Source: a bacterium
GTDB taxonomy: Bacteria > Thermosulfidibacterota > Thermosulfidibacteria > Thermosulfidibacterales > Thermosulfidibacteraceae
DNA: 46,811 nucleotides
Direction of reading: 5' to 3'
Assembly: GCA_027033775.1 (NCBI GenBank)
Contig: JALVKL010000259.1
Coordinates: forward strand, 1-46,811
Shown: positions 44,997 to 46,811 of the stretch, one piece after another
Numbering within the stretch: position 1 is the first letter of the stretch
Layout: each line of letters opens with the position of its first letter
Position numbers and translations under genes: made by a program
The notes under the pieces: model-generated
The model's database searches: none
What the model saw: the letters and a program-made list of their open reading frames with translations, nothing else
What the model was told of the DNA's origin: nothing

Positions 44997-46811
44997 ATGG
45001 GAAAGACTTTGTTATTTGAGATAGGAACAGAGGAGATTCCAGCAAGGTTTATGTTGGGTGCCTTTGAATATATGAAAGATTTTATAAAGAACAAATTTGA
45101 AGAGCATCGTATAGATTACCAGGATATTGACGCTACAGGCACCCCCAGAAGGCTTGTTCTTTTGGTAAAGGGTGTTGCTGAAAGGCAGAAAGACATGGAG
45201 CAGGAGATACTGGGCCCTCCTGCAAGGGTGGCTTTTGATGCAACGGGAAGCGTAACTAAAGCAGGAGAAGGTTTTGCTAAGGCTCAGGGAGTTAGTGTTG
45301 AGGACTTGAAAATTAAAGAAACACCTAAAGGTGAGTATGTTTATGTGGTGAAAAGAGAGGAAGGGAAGGCCACCATTGAGCTTTTACCTTCCATTCTTGA
45401 GGAGATGGTAAGAAGATTTCCTTTCCCGAAGTCTATGAGGTGGGGATCCAGGAAGATAAGATTTGCGAGGCCTATACACTGGTTTTTATGCCTTTTTGGA
45501 AATGAGATTGTGCATTTTGCCATTGAGGATATAGAAAGCGCCAATTACACTTTTGGGCACAGATTTTTAGCCCCTGGAAAGATAGAGATAAGAGACCCTG
45601 ATGAGTATTTTGAGAAACTCAAAAAGGCTTATGTGATATGCGATCATAGGGAAAGGAGAAAAATTATAAAAGAGCAAATAACCGAAGCTGCTGCTAAGGT
45701 TGGGGGTGTTCCTGATTCAGACGAGGATCTTATAAATGAGGTGAACTTTCTTGTTGAATATCCTGTGGCCACAGTGGGAAAGTTTTCTAAAGAATACTTG
45801 GAACTTCCCTCTGCTGTTCTCACCACTACTATGAAGGAGCATCAGAAGTATTTCCCTGTATTTGATAAGAGCGGAAATATTATGCCCTATTTTGTGGTTG
45901 TTAATAATATGCTTACAGACGATATGGATGTTATTACAAGGGGAAACGAAAGGGTTCTGAAGGCGAGGCTCGCCGATGCCAAATTCTTCTTTGATGAAGA
46001 TAAAAGGGTTCCTTTGGAGAAGATGTTTGAAAAGCTCAAAAACGTGGTATTCCAGGAGAAGCTGGGAACTTCCTATGAAAAGGTGATGAGATTTAGAGAG
46101 ATAGCTCTATGGCTTGCGGACAAGGTAGCTCCCCATAAAAAGGATCTGGTGGACAGGTGTGCTTTATTATGCAAAGCGGATCTTGAGTCACAGATGGTTT
46201 GTGAATTTACCGAGCTTCAGGGTATTATGGGAAGGGAGTATGCAAAAATTCAAGGAGAGCCTGAAGAGGTCTATGAGGGTATTTTTGAGCATTACCTTCC
46301 AAGATTTTCAGGGGATGACCTTCCTAAAACCATAACAGGTGCCCTTGTTGGTATAGCCGACAGGATAGATACAATAGTGGGTTGTTTTGGAATAGGTCTT
46401 ATTCCTACGGGATCGGAGGATCCTTATGGTATAAGGAGGGATACCCTTGGCATAATTCAGGTAATATTGGCAAAGGATTTGAGGATAAAGTTGTCTGAAC
46501 TTATAGACAAAAGTTTGTCCCTTTTGTCAGACAAGATAGAAAGGGATGCTCAAGAGGTAAAAAAAGATGTACTTGAGTTTTTCAGACAAAGACTTTACCA
46601 CCTGTGGGTTTCTGAGGGATACAGATACGATCTTGTGGATGCTGTTCTTTCCGCTGGTTATGATGATATTGTGGATGCCAAAAGGAGGCTTGAAGCTCTT
46701 TCAGAGCTTTCTAAAGATCCAGATTTTGAGGCTCTTATGGTTACCTTCAAGAGGGTTGTTAATATAATTCCTCCTGGCTTTGACACTTATGAGGTGGATG
46801 AGTCCCTATTT
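44997..46811 (+). CDS. glyS: Glycine--tRNA ligase beta subunit (5' part; runs off the window end)
   Basis: ATG 44997, 12 nt after the korA-type stop. The frame is open for 605 codons to the window edge, so it is absent from the ORF track. N-terminus LLFEIGTEEIPARF, plus KSMRWG and FDEDKRVPLE motifs. Confidence 0.92.
   Translation, partial: MGKTLLFEIGTEEIPARFMLGAFEYMKDFIKNKFEEHRIDYQDIDATGTPRRLVLLVKGVAERQKDMEQEILGPPARVAFDATGSVTKAGEGFAKAQGVSVEDLKIKETPKGEYVYVVKREEGKATIELLPSILEEMVRRFPFPKSMRWGSRKIRFARPIHWFLCLFGNEIVHFAIEDIESANYTFGHRFLAPGKIEIRDPDEYFEKLKKAYVICDHRERRKIIKEQITEAAAKVGGVPDSDEDLINEVNFLVEYPVATVGKFSKEYLELPSAVLTTTMKEHQKYFPVFDKSGNIMPYFVVVNNMLTDDMDVITRGNERVLKARLADAKFFFDEDKRVPLEKMFEKLKNVVFQEKLGTSYEKVMRFREIALWLADKVAPHKKDLVDRCALLCKADLESQMVCEFTELQGIMGREYAKIQGEPEEVYEGIFEHYLPRFSGDDLPKTITGALVGIADRIDTIVGCFGIGLIPTGSEDPYGIRRDTLGIIQVILAKDLRIKLSELIDKSLSLLSDKIERDAQEVKKDVLEFFRQRLYHLWVSEGYRYDLVDAVLSAGYDDIVDAKRRLEALSELSKDPDFEALMVTFKRVVNIIPPGFDTYEVDESLF

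Noticed and set aside
1-46811. Search for tRNA/rRNA genes, CRISPR arrays, IS elements, integrases, prophage or defence-island signatures
   Set aside because: Every stretch longer than about 60 nt, except 2951-3055 and 24737-24888, is covered by a recognisable housekeeping CDS. Those two regions show no tRNA-like arms, direct repeat arrays or terminal inverted repeats. No ORF resembles a transposase, integrase or known defence protein.

Overview
This 46.8-kb window is AT-rich and very tightly packed. The proteins look like those of a thermophilic, probably anaerobic, diderm bacterium: they are rich in K, E and I, and lpxK, LapA-like and 2-oxoacid:ferredoxin oxidoreductase genes are present. 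This taxonomic reading is inference only. The content is almost entirely core housekeeping. I could support no rRNA, tRNA, CRISPR array, transposase, integrase, prophage or recognisable defence genes. Intergenic space is nearly absent, with the two largest gaps about 105 and 150 nt.

Gene layout:
- (i) 1-4063: the 3' end of an unknown CDS, a membrane GGDEF diguanylate cyclase, a ferritin-like/FNT-channel fusion on the minus strand, and a Cys-rich COG0701 permease.
- (ii) 4060-9002, minus strand: an overlapping gene train of Nudix, DUF123 (GIY-YIG-like), lipoprotein, polA, coaE and DUF2284.
- (iii) 9024-22001, plus strand: a dcw-type train of rsmH, murE, murF, mraY, murD, murG, murC, murB, ddl, ftsZ and a radical SAM gene.
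- (iv) 21939-24736, minus strand: an EF-G paralogue coupled to a TM/SPOR-like protein.
- (v) 24889-46811, plus strand: an uninterrupted train of 18 genes. These are cfa, queF, a PAS hybrid histidine kinase, an alpha/beta hydrolase, a HIT/Ap4A-phosphorylase-like protein, a LapA-like protein, valS, lpxK, mrdA, rodA, maf fused to a DUF4387-like domain, dprA, topA, a DUF342/FapA-like protein, recN, the delta and alpha subunits of a 2-oxoacid:ferredoxin oxidoreductase, and glyS (truncated by the window edge).

I do not see a convincing self-contained novel system or island. The observations most worth follow-up are:
- an EF-G paralogue whose catalytic His and G4 Lys are substituted (DTPGY, NEMD) and which is translationally coupled to a SPOR-like membrane protein;
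- a dcw cluster with no room for any divisome membrane or anchor gene (mraZ, ftsL, ftsI, ftsW, ftsQ, ftsA all absent), with ftsZ coupled instead to a radical SAM gene;
- a Maf-DUF4387 fusion;
- a diiron ferritin-like domain fused to an FNT channel;
- a DUF342 beta-helix protein wedged between topA and recN;
- a probably leaderless dcw operon start.

All family assignments come from motif recognition by eye and need HMM or BLAST confirmation.
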